DNA of 64,000 nucleotides from a virus (lineage: Duplodnaviria; Caudoviricetes), in the IMG/VR virus record IMGVR_UViG_3300029267_001596, positions 284 to 64,283 of that record; one strand, written 5' to 3'. The position numbers and the translations under genes are program-made. The notes under the pieces were generated by a model. That model was not told the origin of the DNA. It made no database searches and saw only the letters and a list, made by a program, of their open reading frames with translations. Positions 44,162 through 53,907 of the stretch are shown one piece after another (position 1 is the stretch's first letter; each line of letters opens with the position of its first letter).

Positions 44162-45430
44162 CTAGGCCACCGCCGCCTCCTGTGCGATGATCTTGCGGAC
44201 CGTCAGGGCGCAGAACGGACAGACGCCCCACTGGGATTCATGGTGCAGGCCGAACATGTTCTTGCACGACGGACAGATCATCCGCACGTGGTCGGGGCCG
44301 GGCTCGGCGGTCGTGTCCTGACGCTGGTAACGCGGCTCGCGCGGCCATTGGTCGGGTATCTGGGGCTTCTTGCGACCCTTGCGCAGGACCCGAGAGATCG
44401 CCTCAGCCGCTCGGTGGCACGCGCTGCCGTCCAGGGGTCCGTAAAGATGGTCTTCCAGCCAAGTGAGTTTGTCGGTGTCGATATTGCTGCGGCCCCAAAC
44501 CAGTCGGCCGAGCGCCTCAGACAGCTCACCGTAGTCGTTGACCTGGGGACACGCATTGGCGAGGATGGGATCGGGATTGCAGTTCGCGAAGTTCAGGGAC
44601 GGCACGCCCAGCAAATGGGCCTCGATCGCCATGGTCGAGCCGGCATGGACCACGACATCGCTCGCGGCAATGGCCTGGCCGCTGGGATAGTCGTACGGCA
44701 GGATCTGGACGGTCTTGCCGAACGCCTCCTGGTACGCCCGGGTCGACTCGCCGGGCCGGACCTTCAGGGCGAAGTCGTACTTGTGGCTCTTGGTGGCGAC
44801 GAGGTTCTTGATCGTCGCGATCCAGAGCGCCCTCAGTTCCGCATGCCGCGCGTACAACCGGCGCTGCAGTGGATTGCCTTCGGGCAGTCCGCATTCAGTG
44901 TAGTCCGGATGATCGTCGGCGGCACTGAAGGCGGTAGCGAACAGAACGCGCCGTTTGCCCGGCCGGGCCTGTCGCTCGTACTGCGTGCAGACGTCGAGGG
45001 TGAACGGGCCACAGGCAACCAGTTTCCTGGCCTCCATGCGCCCGCGTTCGGCCAGGATGTCGGCAAACTCCTGGCCCCAGACCAACTCCAGATCGATATG
45101 CTCGGCGTAGTCGTAATCACCTACGACGACACGCTGACGGTCCTCGTCCATCTGTTCGAGCGCCACCCGGCCGGCGCCCGCTTCCCCACGGCGAACGATC
45201 GTCACCACGCCCCACTCCTTGATCTGGCGTGCGAAGTTCAGTTTGTGATCGGACCCGATCATCGGCAGGACCACCGCGTCGGGCTTCTCGACCGTCACCG
45301 CATCGGACCCGGCCAAGACGAAGTTGCGGACCATGACCTCATGGCCCATATCGCGCAGACATTGGGCCAGTCGCTCGTCGACAGGCTTGTCCCGCTGCTC
45401 GGTCAGTGTCAGGATCAGGATCTTACTCAT
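44162..45430 (-). CDS. GT-B fold surface carbohydrate biosynthesis/glycosyltransferase-like protein
   Basis: LVWG, G...LD, LFATAF, KVRPGE, SDVVVHAGSTMAIEAHLLGVP, DGSACHRAAEAI. Confidence 0.75.
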   Translation of the reverse strand: MSKILILTLTEQRDKPVDERLAQCLRDMGHEVMVRNFVLAGSDAVTVEKPDAVVLPMIGSDHKLNFARQIKEWGVVTIVRRGEAGAGRVALEQMDEDRQRVVVGDYDYAEHIDLELVWGQEFADILAERGRMEARKLVACGPFTLDVCTQYERQARPGKRRVLFATAFSAADDHPDYTECGLPEGNPLQRRLYARHAELRALWIATIKNLVATKSHKYDFALKVRPGESTRAYQEAFGKTVQILPYDYPSGQAIAASDVVVHAGSTMAIEAHLLGVPSLNFANCNPDPILANACPQVNDYGELSEALGRLVWGRSNIDTDKLTWLEDHLYGPLDGSACHRAAEAISRVLRKGRKKPQIPDQWPREPRYQRQDTTAEPGPDHVRMICPSCKNMFGLHHESQWGVCPFCALTVRKIIAQEAAVA

Positions 45431-46034
45431 TGGGGGTGTTCCCTAAAAAGAGGTAGACGGGAGAAGGACGGTCTTCGTAGCGTTCGAAGACCTCGCACAG
45501 CCAACTGCGGCCGGGCATGTGGTTCAGTAGCTTGTTGAGCCACCAGCCGGGACTCTTGACCGTTGGATGGATGGGCGGATTGCCGTAGCCGGCAATGCTC
45601 AAGACGAACGCCTGGGCGGACTGCCCGATGTTCGCCAGGGCGCTATCGACCTTGTCCTCGGGGATATGTTCGAGTACGTCGAAACACAGCGTCACGTCGA
45701 AACCATCGGGGAGAGGCTGTTCGGTGATCTGGCAGGCCTGGAAGGTGTACCCGGCTCGGTCGTAGGGCCCTGGCACCAGGTCAACCCCGACAACCGATTT
45801 GCCCAGCCGGGCGAGATTCCCACACAGCAGCCCGTTCCCGCACCCGACCTCCAGGACCGTATGACACTCTGCGATCATGCCAATCCACCTGTCGGAACAG
45901 GCGAGCCCCTGATTGTGGGTCTGGTAGCCCATATCCGCATTGTGGAGTGTGCGGTACATCGACACGTCCGGCGGATCAGGGAGAACGGGAGCGCCCGGTG
46001 CAGGCGCTCCCGTGATTCGAGTCTGAGCGGACAT
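45423..46034 (-). CDS. Class I SAM-dependent methyltransferase
   Basis: VLEVGCGNG, GVD, FDVTLCFDVLEHIP, H.TV....WW. Confidence 0.9.
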   Translation of the reverse strand: MSAQTRITGAPAPGAPVLPDPPDVSMYRTLHNADMGYQTHNQGLACSDRWIGMIAECHTVLEVGCGNGLLCGNLARLGKSVVGVDLVPGPYDRAGYTFQACQITEQPLPDGFDVTLCFDVLEHIPEDKVDSALANIGQSAQAFVLSIAGYGNPPIHPTVKSPGWWLNKLLNHMPGRSWLCEVFERYEDRPSPVYLFLGNTPNE

Positions 46035-46050
46035 AATGTCCTTTCGGGTT

Positions 46051-46335
46051 TTACGTCCCCCACAGGACGTAGGTCACTGTGGGAGTCGTATCGTTGATGG
46101 TCCCCTTGGTCGTGAACGTGACCTGCCCGCCGCTGCAGACCCCAAGGGTCGGTACGGCTAGCAGGCCGTCGCTGCGGACGGCGAAGCCGCCCTTGATGCG
46201 GTGCAGCTTGCTGGCGATCGTAAAGGTCGCGCCGTCCACGTCGGCCGAAGCCAGCGTCACAACGCCCTCTTCCTTGATCGTCCCGGCCGTCCCGGGCGTG
46301 GGACCGAACTGGGTTTCGCAATTGAAACGCGCCAC
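46051..46335 (-). CDS. Putative capsid decoration protein
   Basis: GGAGGT SD, GTG start, downstream of the capsid gene. Confidence 0.6.
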   Translation of the reverse strand: MARFNCETQFGPTPGTAGTIKEEGVVTLASADVDGATFTIASKLHRIKGGFAVRSDGLLAVPTLGVCSGGQVTFTTKGTINDTTPTVTYVLWGT

Positions 46336-46350
46336 GGGTCACCTCCTTCT

Positions 46351-46941
46351 TTAGCTGGTGGTGTCCACGGCGAAGGCGGTTCCGCAGGGCAGGATCATCG
46401 CCCCCGCATCGTTCTGAGCGACCACCCCAAACTTGCAGACGCTGGCGCTGTCGACCATCGTCAGCACCGCGCCGGCGGTGACACTGCCGTCGCTCGGGTG
46501 AATGCCGTCCAGTCCCGCGATCGTATCGACCGGGCAGACGCCGCCGCACCAGAACCAGGCGTAGAGGCCGTCCGTCAGGGTCGCCACGGCCACCGCGGCC
46601 AGGCCGCCGCCCTTGAGCGCCTCCCCGCCGTCGTTGGTCACTACGTAATGCTTGCCGGCGGCCGCCGCCTCGGTGGTGTCCGGGGCGCACAGGCTCTTGA
46701 TCGCAGCGGCAGCAGCGGTGCCCTTCTCGTACTTGAGCAGGATGAACGTGGCGTACCCGCCGTTGGTCTCCTGGTAGAGGCGCACCTTGGTCCCGACCGG
46801 GCACGGCGCGTCCGTAGTCGCCCCCGCCCCGTGCGCCGTCGCGTACGTCTCGGTCAGGTCCACGGGCGGCGAGATCATGGGGTGCGCGTCAGGCCAACGG
46901 TCCCAAAGAATGAATTTTCCGTCGTCCATTCCGACAGTCAT
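46351..46941 (-). CDS. Putative capsid cement/decoration protein
   Basis: PVGTKVR...YAWFW..G.C; immediately after the capsid gene. Confidence 0.65.
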   Translation of the reverse strand: MTVGMDDGKFILWDRWPDAHPMISPPVDLTETYATAHGAGATTDAPCPVGTKVRLYQETNGGYATFILLKYEKGTAAAAAIKSLCAPDTTEAAAAGKHYVVTNDGGEALKGGGLAAVAVATLTDGLYAWFWCGGVCPVDTIAGLDGIHPSDGSVTAGAVLTMVDSASVCKFGVVAQNDAGAMILPCGTAFAVDTTS

Positions 46942-46989
46942 TGCACTATCTCCTTACATACGGTTGTTGTTGGTTCACACACTGCCCAC

Positions 46990-48033
46990 TTAGGCCACAA
47001 CGTTGGGCAGGTAGATGCTCCGGTTCGGGTGCTTGCAGATCAGGTTGCCGCTGAACTTGATGCGGGCCAGTTTGAAGTCCGCACCGTTGGCGATCTGCGA
47101 CTGATCGAAGAAGGGGAGCATCTTGAAGTTGGCCTTCGGGTGGACCAGGAAGTGCCAGTCGGGGATGTTGAGCCCGTAGAGCCGGCGCTCCATCGCTCCG
47201 GCCGTCCCGGCCGTCTGGCCCATGACGGTGTTGTACTTGCTCTTGAGGAACGGCTCCTTCACGATGCGGCAGCCGTCGACCTCGATCTCCTCGATGCCCC
47301 ACTTCATCAGGCCGCGCGGATCCACCTTCTTCGGCAGCGACCGCGCCTCGGCCTCAGCCAGGATCGCCAGCCAGAGCGTGCCGCCCATGACCCAGACGAA
47401 CTCCTTGTCCGTCTCCAGGTCGGTCAGCGGCTCCTGCCACTGGCGCAGGCGCGTCAGGCTGATCGCGTACTCCTGGGCGTAGCTGGAGGGAGTGAACTGG
47501 TTGTCCGCCGGCTGCCACCAGTCACGGACGTTCGAGGCATTGGTCCGGGCCAGCGTGCCGTAGGTGCTGTCGGGGACCAGGGCGGAGTTGAGGCCCTGGA
47601 CCTGCTTGGCCGTATCGGTGGCCGCACCGAAGATGAGCTTGCGCAGGTGCAGCCGCGTGCCCTCCTGGGCCTTCTTGACCTTGAACTTCGCCAGGTTGTG
47701 CAACTGGGTGCGGTCCTCGGTCTCGTAGGCGTTCTCCAGGTCCTCCTCGAAGTCGAGGGTGATCGGCAGTTGGAAATGCTTGCGCCGGAAGTAGGCCGTG
47801 TCGGTCACTTCCTTGGTGCCGTGCGTCAGTTGCTCGTTGACCCCGTAGTCCTGAGCGAGATCCTCGACCGTGTCGGTGTCCATCTCGAAGAAGTAGCGCT
47901 TGCCGCCTTTGAACTTGCGGTTCTGACGCTCGAGAATCAAATCGAGTACCGGGGTCTTCCGCATGATTTCGACTTCCATCGACGCGTCGTGCATGTCGCG
48001 CGTCAGGTTGTCGAGGTCCTGATGGAATCCCAT
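46990..48033 (-). CDS. Major capsid protein (HK97 fold)
   Basis: 347 aa after the scaffold; TP.L, GL......TYG.L.R....WW, GNLICK.P. Confidence 0.8.
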   Translation of the reverse strand: MGFHQDLDNLTRDMHDASMEVEIMRKTPVLDLILERQNRKFKGGKRYFFEMDTDTVEDLAQDYGVNEQLTHGTKEVTDTAYFRRKHFQLPITLDFEEDLENAYETEDRTQLHNLAKFKVKKAQEGTRLHLRKLIFGAATDTAKQVQGLNSALVPDSTYGTLARTNASNVRDWWQPADNQFTPSSYAQEYAISLTRLRQWQEPLTDLETDKEFVWVMGGTLWLAILAEAEARSLPKKVDPRGLMKWGIEEIEVDGCRIVKEPFLKSKYNTVMGQTAGTAGAMERRLYGLNIPDWHFLVHPKANFKMLPFFDQSQIANGADFKLARIKFSGNLICKHPNRSIYLPNVVA

Positions 48034-48076
48034 GATGTGTCTCCTTTGTCACTTGACGCCGGCACCCTTCGCAGGG

Positions 48077-48856
48077 CTACGGCGCCGTCGCTGTCTCGAA
48101 CTGAGCAGCGACATCGTCCAACGATCCTGGTTTGATCTGGACGTCTCCGTAGGACGGGCGAACGCCGCCGCCTCCGGTGTCGGTGGTGACCTTCTTGGTG
48201 GACTCAGCGTCCTTCTTCTTCGCCTTGGCGGCTTCCTCCTTGGCCTCGGCGAAACACTCGTCGAGCCGCAGGGTCGCGTCGGCGGGATCAGAGGGCGGGC
48301 CTTCGAGTTTCACCTTCTCCTGGAACAGCTCGGTGGCCCGATTGCGCAGGCCGTCGCCGTACTTCTTCTCCAGGCGGGTGCAGACGCGGTTGTAGGTCTT
48401 CGCCTTCGCGTCCTCGGCTTGGCGCTGCTGGCGTTCGGACTCCGTTTCCTCGGCCGTCTGTTCCGCGCGGGAACGGACGGACGCCAGTTCGCTTTTGAGG
48501 TCGCGGACCATGCCGCCAATCTGCTTGAGCGCGGTTCCATAGTCTTCCAGGCTCGCGTTCTCAGGGTCGAAGTCGCCCAACAAAGATTCGACCTCATCAG
48601 AGGCCCCTTTGGCCGCCTTGAGTTCGTCGATCTGTTTGGCGAGCTGCTCGGCGCTGGCCTTCTGTTCGGCCAACTTCTGTTGGAGCTGCTCTTGCTCGAC
48701 CTTGGTCTTGCGCAGATTCGCCTCCGCCTGGTCGGCGCGCTGACGTTCCTTATCGAAGTCCTGTTCGGCCTTCTTGGCATCGTTCAGGGCGTCGTCGACG
48801 TTGGCCTCGTCGGTCTGCTGTTCGGTGATCTCGTTCAGGTCATCCATCTTGTCCAT
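48077..48856 (-). CDS. Scaffolding protein
   Basis: Acidic coiled coil, C-terminal GGG..P, upstream of the capsid gene. Confidence 0.75.
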   Translation of the reverse strand: MDKMDDLNEITEQQTDEANVDDALNDAKKAEQDFDKERQRADQAEANLRKTKVEQEQLQQKLAEQKASAEQLAKQIDELKAAKGASDEVESLLGDFDPENASLEDYGTALKQIGGMVRDLKSELASVRSRAEQTAEETESERQQRQAEDAKAKTYNRVCTRLEKKYGDGLRNRATELFQEKVKLEGPPSDPADATLRLDECFAEAKEEAAKAKKKDAESTKKVTTDTGGGGVRPSYGDVQIKPGSLDDVAAQFETATAP

Positions 48857-49029
48857 CGTCCAAATCCTTTCCGTTTTGAGCGCGTGTCTCGGTCCGGTGC
48901 TGCTTATTCCGAAGCTGGCCCTTTAGCGCATGTCTGTTTGGCTGCTCCGGGATCAAACGGCCCACGGTGGGCCGGGATATGTCACGGGATCGGAAAGGGA
49001 TTCAGGCGGGGGTACTCTGGAGTGAGCGC

Positions 49030-49079
49030 AAAGAAAAAGCCCGGCCCCTTCCGATCGTGCGTCGGAAAAGTACCGGGCT
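49030..49079 (-). terminator. Long terminator-like hairpin upstream of scaffold/capsid genes
   Basis: AGCCCGG..TTCCGA..TCGGAA..CCGGGCT followed by TTTTCTTT. Confidence 0.65.
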
Positions 49080-49123
49080 GTCTTTCAAGTGTTCCGGTGG
49101 GTCTATTGCATTGTCAATACTGC

Positions 49124-49291
49124 TCAGTCGGTATTCTTGCTGAACTTCAGGCTCTTGTCAAGTCGATCAATGCCAGTCGGCTTGCCTTTATTGACGTGTA
49201 CCTCAAACGAGCCTTGGCGGATACTCAGTTTCCGCGCCAACTGCCCGGCCAGATCGTTAACTTCCTGTTTTCGTTCGGGGCTCAGAATCAT
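49124..49291 (-). CDS. Small DUF2292/YezD-like protein
   Basis: GSFEVHVNKGKPTGIDRLDKSLK; TAATG coupling. Confidence 0.5.
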   Translation of the reverse strand: MILSPERKQEVNDLAGQLARKLSIRQGSFEVHVNKGKPTGIDRLDKSLKFSKNTD

Positions 49292-49665
49292 TACCGTTGG
49301 TCTTTCTTCCACCGTTTCCATGCCGCCTTCAGGTCGTCGTAGCAATCGGCCAGGAAGGCCCCGGCCCTGGCGCATATCTCCGAGTGCTGGGCGTGCGTCT
49401 GCACGATCAGTCGGGCCGTCATGTCCTGCGAGTAGTCCACGAACGGCGAGTACTGACAGCCCAGACGGACCCCGACAAACTCAGTAGCCTCATGCAAGGC
49501 TACTTCGAAGATATCCGACCAGTCGTCATGGTCGGCGCCGATTTCCATGCGGGTCATCTTCTTCTCGTGCCCGCGCCCCCGACACGAACCGCCCGTCCCA
49601 GGCCGAAGCCACAGCTTGACCGGTTCGCCGCCCAGATCGTATGTACCCACGATGACGGGTTTCAT
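49291..49665 (-). CDS. Hypothetical protein, zincin-like (ALHEATE)
   Basis: Degenerate HExxH. Confidence 0.55.
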   Translation of the reverse strand: MKPVIVGTYDLGGEPVKLWLRPGTGGSCRGRGHEKKMTRMEIGADHDDWSDIFEVALHEATEFVGVRLGCQYSPFVDYSQDMTARLIVQTHAQHSEICARAGAFLADCYDDLKAAWKRWKKDQR

Positions 49666-49844
49666 TCGTTCTCACCCTTGACAGTCGCCACCGCCTTCGA
49701 AGCGGCCTCCTTCTTCTTCTCCAGCACCTTGGTCGCCGCCTTCAATCGCGTCTTGTCCTTCTTAATCTCCATCGCGCGGATCAGAGTCTCAGCGTCGGAT
49801 TCGGCCTGCCACTCCTTCTCTTGGGCAGTTATGCCTTTGGCCAT
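49662..49844 (-). CDS. Small basic protein
   Basis: WQAESDAETL.RA.EIK.D..RLKAA. Confidence 0.65.
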   Translation of the reverse strand: MAKGITAQEKEWQAESDAETLIRAMEIKKDKTRLKAATKVLEKKKEAASKAVATVKGENE

Positions 49845-49918
49845 ATCAGGTCCTTTCGTCTTCTACGAAGCAATTTCTATGTCCATACCAGCGTAGTCGC
49901 GTTCGGCAGATATTTCTC

Positions 49919-50257
49919 CTATTCGGTGGGCGGCCACCAGCTCTGGGCTATTTCGTCGCCGTTACAGGCCCTGCGATACGAGGTCCTGTCCTTCGCCGGC
50001 GGGTCGGGAATACCAGAAGTGTCAGTAAGGGGGCCACGCCAAGACAGTGTCTCCAGGTGCTTACGCAGTTCACGATGGCTGGCGGCGACAAGGTCCTCTA
50101 CGGCCGCGAACAGGTCTAGGTCTATGTTCTGCATTTGGGTAGAGGTGCCAGTAACAGGTGCTGGCGTCTCGGTCACAGCAGGCAGAGTCCCCACACCCAC
50201 GCAGGCCGCTACGCCGCCAATGCAGCCTCGCAAGAATGTTCGTCTGGTAATGCTCAT
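49919..50257 (-). CDS. Tat-signal protein resembling a major capsid fragment
   Basis: SITRRTFLRG signal; RKHLETL...TDT..G...D..Y...WW.P similar to the capsid protein. Confidence 0.6.
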   Translation of the reverse strand: MSITRRTFLRGCIGGVAACVGVGTLPAVTETPAPVTGTSTQMQNIDLDLFAAVEDLVAASHRELRKHLETLSWRGPLTDTSGIPDPPAKDRTSYRRACNGDEIAQSWWPPTE

Positions 50258-50778
50258 CTATCTGCCTCCCGGTCCGCAGCCTCATTGCCCCACGCGAGGC
50301 CGCCATCTGTATCGACCTGAAGATAAACCTCTGCGTCGTCCCCATCATGGAGCATCAGCAACTCATATGCTTCGTCATCGGATGCGTACTGGACTTCCGA
50401 CCAGCGAGACATGCAACGCGTCTCTTTACGGCCACAGAGCGAGCAGCGGCGTGTCTCCTGTTGGCTGAGGTTCTCCATGGCATAGAGCCAGGGAACCGTC
50501 TCCCAGTGGTGTCCGACCACCGCGCAGACAGAGCCTTCGTTGATCAGGGCACGTATGGCGTTCGGGTCGGCTCGCACGATATCCATTGCAGCCTGGACAG
50601 TAAGACAAGGCTCGGACGCCAAGGCCTCTACCTCGCACCTGCTCCAGGTGATCTGGGCAGCCGCACCGGAGAACATATCGCTCCGGTTGTAGATCAACTC
50701 GCCCCGAGCCGCCAGAGATGCCATACCGGCGACGAGCAACGCGGTCACCACAACGATCCACTCACACGTGTGTCTCAT
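50254..50778 (-). CDS. Signal-peptide protein with C-x-x-x-GH-x-W...C-x-x-C motif
   Basis: Hydrophobic N-terminus; CAVVGHHWE...CSLCG. Confidence 0.6.
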   Translation of the reverse strand: MRHTCEWIVVVTALLVAGMASLAARGELIYNRSDMFSGAAAQITWSRCEVEALASEPCLTVQAAMDIVRADPNAIRALINEGSVCAVVGHHWETVPWLYAMENLSQQETRRCSLCGRKETRCMSRWSEVQYASDDEAYELLMLHDGDDAEVYLQVDTDGGLAWGNEAADREADR

Positions 50779-50791
50779 TCGTTCTCTCCTT

Positions 50792-51046
50792 TCATGCGGC
50801 CCCCTTCTGTAGTCCGTGCCAAAGGAGGTTCATCCATGCCCTCCGTTGCTTGAGAATGTGAGTTGCCATGCGGGCGAATCTGGTCGTGGTCATCCGTGCC
50901 AACGCACTGCCTCTACACACGTGGAGAATCTGGATTGACCTGCAATGGTCGCACTTGAGTCCTATGTAGGGCGGGAGAAACAGTCCCCCGTCAGAGAAGG
51001 TCACCCTTCGGGATGCGTGTCTGCACTTGTGGCTATTACAGTTCAT
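50792..51046 (-). CDS. Small Cys/His-rich protein
   Basis: ATGA coupling to the portal gene. Confidence 0.45.
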   Translation of the reverse strand: MNCNSHKCRHASRRVTFSDGGLFLPPYIGLKCDHCRSIQILHVCRGSALARMTTTRFARMATHILKQRRAWMNLLWHGLQKGAA

Positions 51047-53121
51047 GCGGCCCCCTGTCTACCCATCTGCCCCACCTGGGCCAGGAGCGCCAGTGCCTCT
51101 TGTGATATCTGCTGTTGGGCCTGCGCCGTTGCCGCCGCGATGGCTTCTGCGTTCGGGGGCTGGCCTTCGGCTCCGTGGCCTGCCTGCTGGATCTGCGCCG
51201 CCAGTTGTTGGGCCTTCTGGGCCAGGGCCATGAACTGCTTGAACAGCTTCAACTGCTCGTGCCGCGCGAGAATCCGGTCGCGGTTGGCGATGTTCAGCTT
51301 GCGCAACACCTCTTCGAGCATCGGGTTCAGGTTGGGATCCGCGCAGAGCTTGTAGGCGGCCAGGTAGTCGTTCTTGACCCGTTCCTCATCGAACGGAAGC
51401 GTCGTACCCGACTCGATCTCCAGGTCAACCTCGACCCGCTTCATCTCCTGGGTCATCTTCCCGGGCTCGGTATCCCCGTTCCAGCCGATGATACGGATGC
51501 GCCGGTCCTCGTCGTAGTGTTCCTGGGCGATCTCCAGTTGGCTGCGGGCCGTGCCTTCGACCCATCGCTCGTAGAAGACGCTGCGCAGATAGACGAGGTC
51601 GTTGGCGTTGGTGTCGAGGCGGGCGGCCTCGGTGGCGCTCATGCCGCTGCTGGACGCCTTGCCCTGGGCCACCGCGTGCATGAACTGCTGGGTCTCGACG
51701 TCCCGGGTCAGGAACTGGACGAGCGACCAGACGTTCGGGTCCAGTTGGTCGCCGGCCAGGTTCTTGATCTTGTCGAGCTTGCCCTTGTTGACCACGATCA
51801 TCTCGCCGGCCTTGTCGTGCAGGATTCGGGCCCGACCGCACTTGTCCTTGGCAATAGTGCCCAGTTCGATGACCTTTTGGGGGTTCGAAGTCATCTTGAC
51901 GTGCTGGAGGATGTAGGCCATGGTCACGTTGAGCATGTCCTGGCTCGACCGGCTCATCTCCACCGCGTTGGTCCCCTGCCACATGTGGGGCAGGATGTGG
52001 TAAGGGAGCACATTGAAGGGCCAGCGGCTGCGCGTGTAGACCTGCTCTTCGATCTCCGGATTGACGACCACACCGCCGACCCGGATGACCATGCGGCCGC
52101 GTGGGAAGTGAGGTTTGTCGTACTCTGACTTGAGCACCTGCGGCCATTCGTCTTTGCCGACCGGCTCCTTCGTCTCCATCCAGCGATAGAGAGCGTCCGG
52201 GTCTTGCGGGTCGATGTAGACGACACCCTCGTCAACCAAGCGTTTAGCCGGCGCCGCGTCCTGGAGCTGGATGTGCTCGACGGACGGGTCGCGGAAGTAC
52301 GTCTCCCGGACCCATACCGTACGCTGCCTGACCGCCGCCTCGTCGCCGGCGGCGCTGACCGTGTTGCCCTCATTGGCCGCATGCTGACCGAGGATCAACG
52401 ACACGAACCGATTGAGGAACCCGCGTCGGCGCCTGGCGGCCCGCTGGTTCTTGTAGACCGGCCCACTGGGGCCCGGGCGCGCATCGCTGTACTCATACTC
52501 GGCCAGGTCGTCTGGCTCGGCCGCCTTCTCCTCGATCTGCTTGGCATACTTCGGCCATTGGGCCTGGGCCCACTCTAAGGACACCTTGCGCACCGTCCCC
52601 ATGCACTCGGCGTCCCTGATCCGATCGGCCCTGGGATCGGCCCAGAAGCCACAGGGATGGATCAGCCGGTGTCCGACCTCGCCCTGCCAACCCTGGGCCT
52701 GATCGCTCCATTCGAACTTCGGAATCCAATAGCTCTTGCCCACCCCGTAGCCGTAGATGGCGCTATCGAGCTGGGCCATAATGCCATCGGTCCGCATGTC
52801 CAGGACCTTCTGCCAGATGTACTGCGCCAGACCCTGCCACTGGTCGGCCCATTCGGCTTCCGATTGGTCCCACGCCCGACAGATGATCTTGGGATGGTTC
52901 TTGGCCTGTTTGGCGATGCTCTGCATGATCAGCGGATAGATCATGTTGACAACGATGTAGTCCCAATCGGGATTGCGTCGCACGCCCTTGAGCTGCTCGC
53001 CCCAAACGTAAGCGGTCGCATCGCGCCAGAGGTCGGCCCACTGCTTGGTGACCGCCATCCCGGCGCCCTCGATCTCGTCGAGGTACTCAATCAGTCCGTC
53101 GCCTTCGAGCATCTTCGCCAT
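51043..53121 (-). CDS. Portal protein
   Basis: Y..G.Q, VVN.I, YGYGVGK, FWADP.A, Q..LN, SATEA, D.EI..G.T.P; Q-rich tail. Confidence 0.88.
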   Translation of the reverse strand: MAKMLEGDGLIEYLDEIEGAGMAVTKQWADLWRDATAYVWGEQLKGVRRNPDWDYIVVNMIYPLIMQSIAKQAKNHPKIICRAWDQSEAEWADQWQGLAQYIWQKVLDMRTDGIMAQLDSAIYGYGVGKSYWIPKFEWSDQAQGWQGEVGHRLIHPCGFWADPRADRIRDAECMGTVRKVSLEWAQAQWPKYAKQIEEKAAEPDDLAEYEYSDARPGPSGPVYKNQRAARRRRGFLNRFVSLILGQHAANEGNTVSAAGDEAAVRQRTVWVRETYFRDPSVEHIQLQDAAPAKRLVDEGVVYIDPQDPDALYRWMETKEPVGKDEWPQVLKSEYDKPHFPRGRMVIRVGGVVVNPEIEEQVYTRSRWPFNVLPYHILPHMWQGTNAVEMSRSSQDMLNVTMAYILQHVKMTSNPQKVIELGTIAKDKCGRARILHDKAGEMIVVNKGKLDKIKNLAGDQLDPNVWSLVQFLTRDVETQQFMHAVAQGKASSSGMSATEAARLDTNANDLVYLRSVFYERWVEGTARSQLEIAQEHYDEDRRIRIIGWNGDTEPGKMTQEMKRVEVDLEIESGTTLPFDEERVKNDYLAAYKLCADPNLNPMLEEVLRKLNIANRDRILARHEQLKLFKQFMALAQKAQQLAAQIQQAGHGAEGQPPNAEAIAAATAQAQQQISQEALALLAQVGQMGRQGAA

Positions 53122-53131
53122 GTTCGATACC

Positions 53132-53680
53132 TTACGCCGCACCCATACCGTCAAGTCCCATCACGCCGCTGACGATCGCCGAGAGCTTGGTCATCTGTGT
53201 TCCGGCCCCACCGTCCAGGTCGATCTCGCAGTACAAATCCAGGATCCCCTCGCGCGGGACACGCAACAGGGCAATCCGGTTGTTTGCACTGTCCAGGATC
53301 GTCGGACTGAAGGCGGCCGCCAGTCCTCCGGTTACGGTGATCGTATCGACCCACAGGCCTGAGTCCGCTTCCTTGGTGATCGGATGCTTGGTGACCGCCT
53401 GCGTTCCGAGCGTCAGCGCACCAGCCGCCAGCAGCAGGATCGGCCCGTTCATCTTCCGCCGTATGAACAGCTTATAGGCCGCTGTGAAATCGGCGGTGTT
53501 CTCGCCGAAGAACGCGACCAGCAGTCGCCCGGCGTCGCCCAGCCTTTCCTGGCCGCCATCGGGGCCCAGACTGATCGGCCCAGCAGCCGGCCAGGAATCG
53601 TAGTCGAAGGTCGTCAACGCGGTGTCGTCGCTGCTCACGGCGCTGCGCAGGTTGTACCAGGGCATCTCGAATTGCTTCAT
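53132..53680 (-). CDS. Hypothetical (possibly virion) protein
   Basis: ORF with GGAG SD before the portal gene. Confidence 0.65.
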   Translation of the reverse strand: MKQFEMPWYNLRSAVSSDDTALTTFDYDSWPAAGPISLGPDGGQERLGDAGRLLVAFFGENTADFTAAYKLFIRRKMNGPILLLAAGALTLGTQAVTKHPITKEADSGLWVDTITVTGGLAAAFSPTILDSANNRIALLRVPREGILDLYCEIDLDGGAGTQMTKLSAIVSGVMGLDGMGAA

Positions 53681-53907
53681 GTCAATCGCTCCAAATCCGG
53701 ATCGTCGTCCTCTTCGTCGTCTTCCTGGGCAACCGCCTGCCTGTCCCGGCGGTCCAGCATCTCGAACTCGCCCGGCGCCTGATCGACCCTGTTGGGCAAT
53801 GGCTCCTGCCGACCAATACGGTAGCCCAGTCGCACGCCCAACAGGGTCGCGACCGTCCCGCCGATCAGGCTGGCGACAGCGACAATAGCCCAGATCGCAT
53901 CGCTCAT
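53677..53907 (-). CDS. Single-TM protein with acidic tail
   Basis: N-terminal TM; GAGGT SD. Confidence 0.6.
   Translation of the reverse strand: MSDAIWAIVAVASLIGGTVATLLGVRLGYRIGRQEPLPNRVDQAPGEFEMLDRRDRQAVAQEDDEEDDDPDLERLT

Noticed and set aside
42170-45538. 1122-aa plus-strand ORF (and similar ones at 46201-48135, 48032-49342, 31406-32917)
   Set aside because: Antisense shadows of high-GC minus-strand genes; no motifs and no SD.
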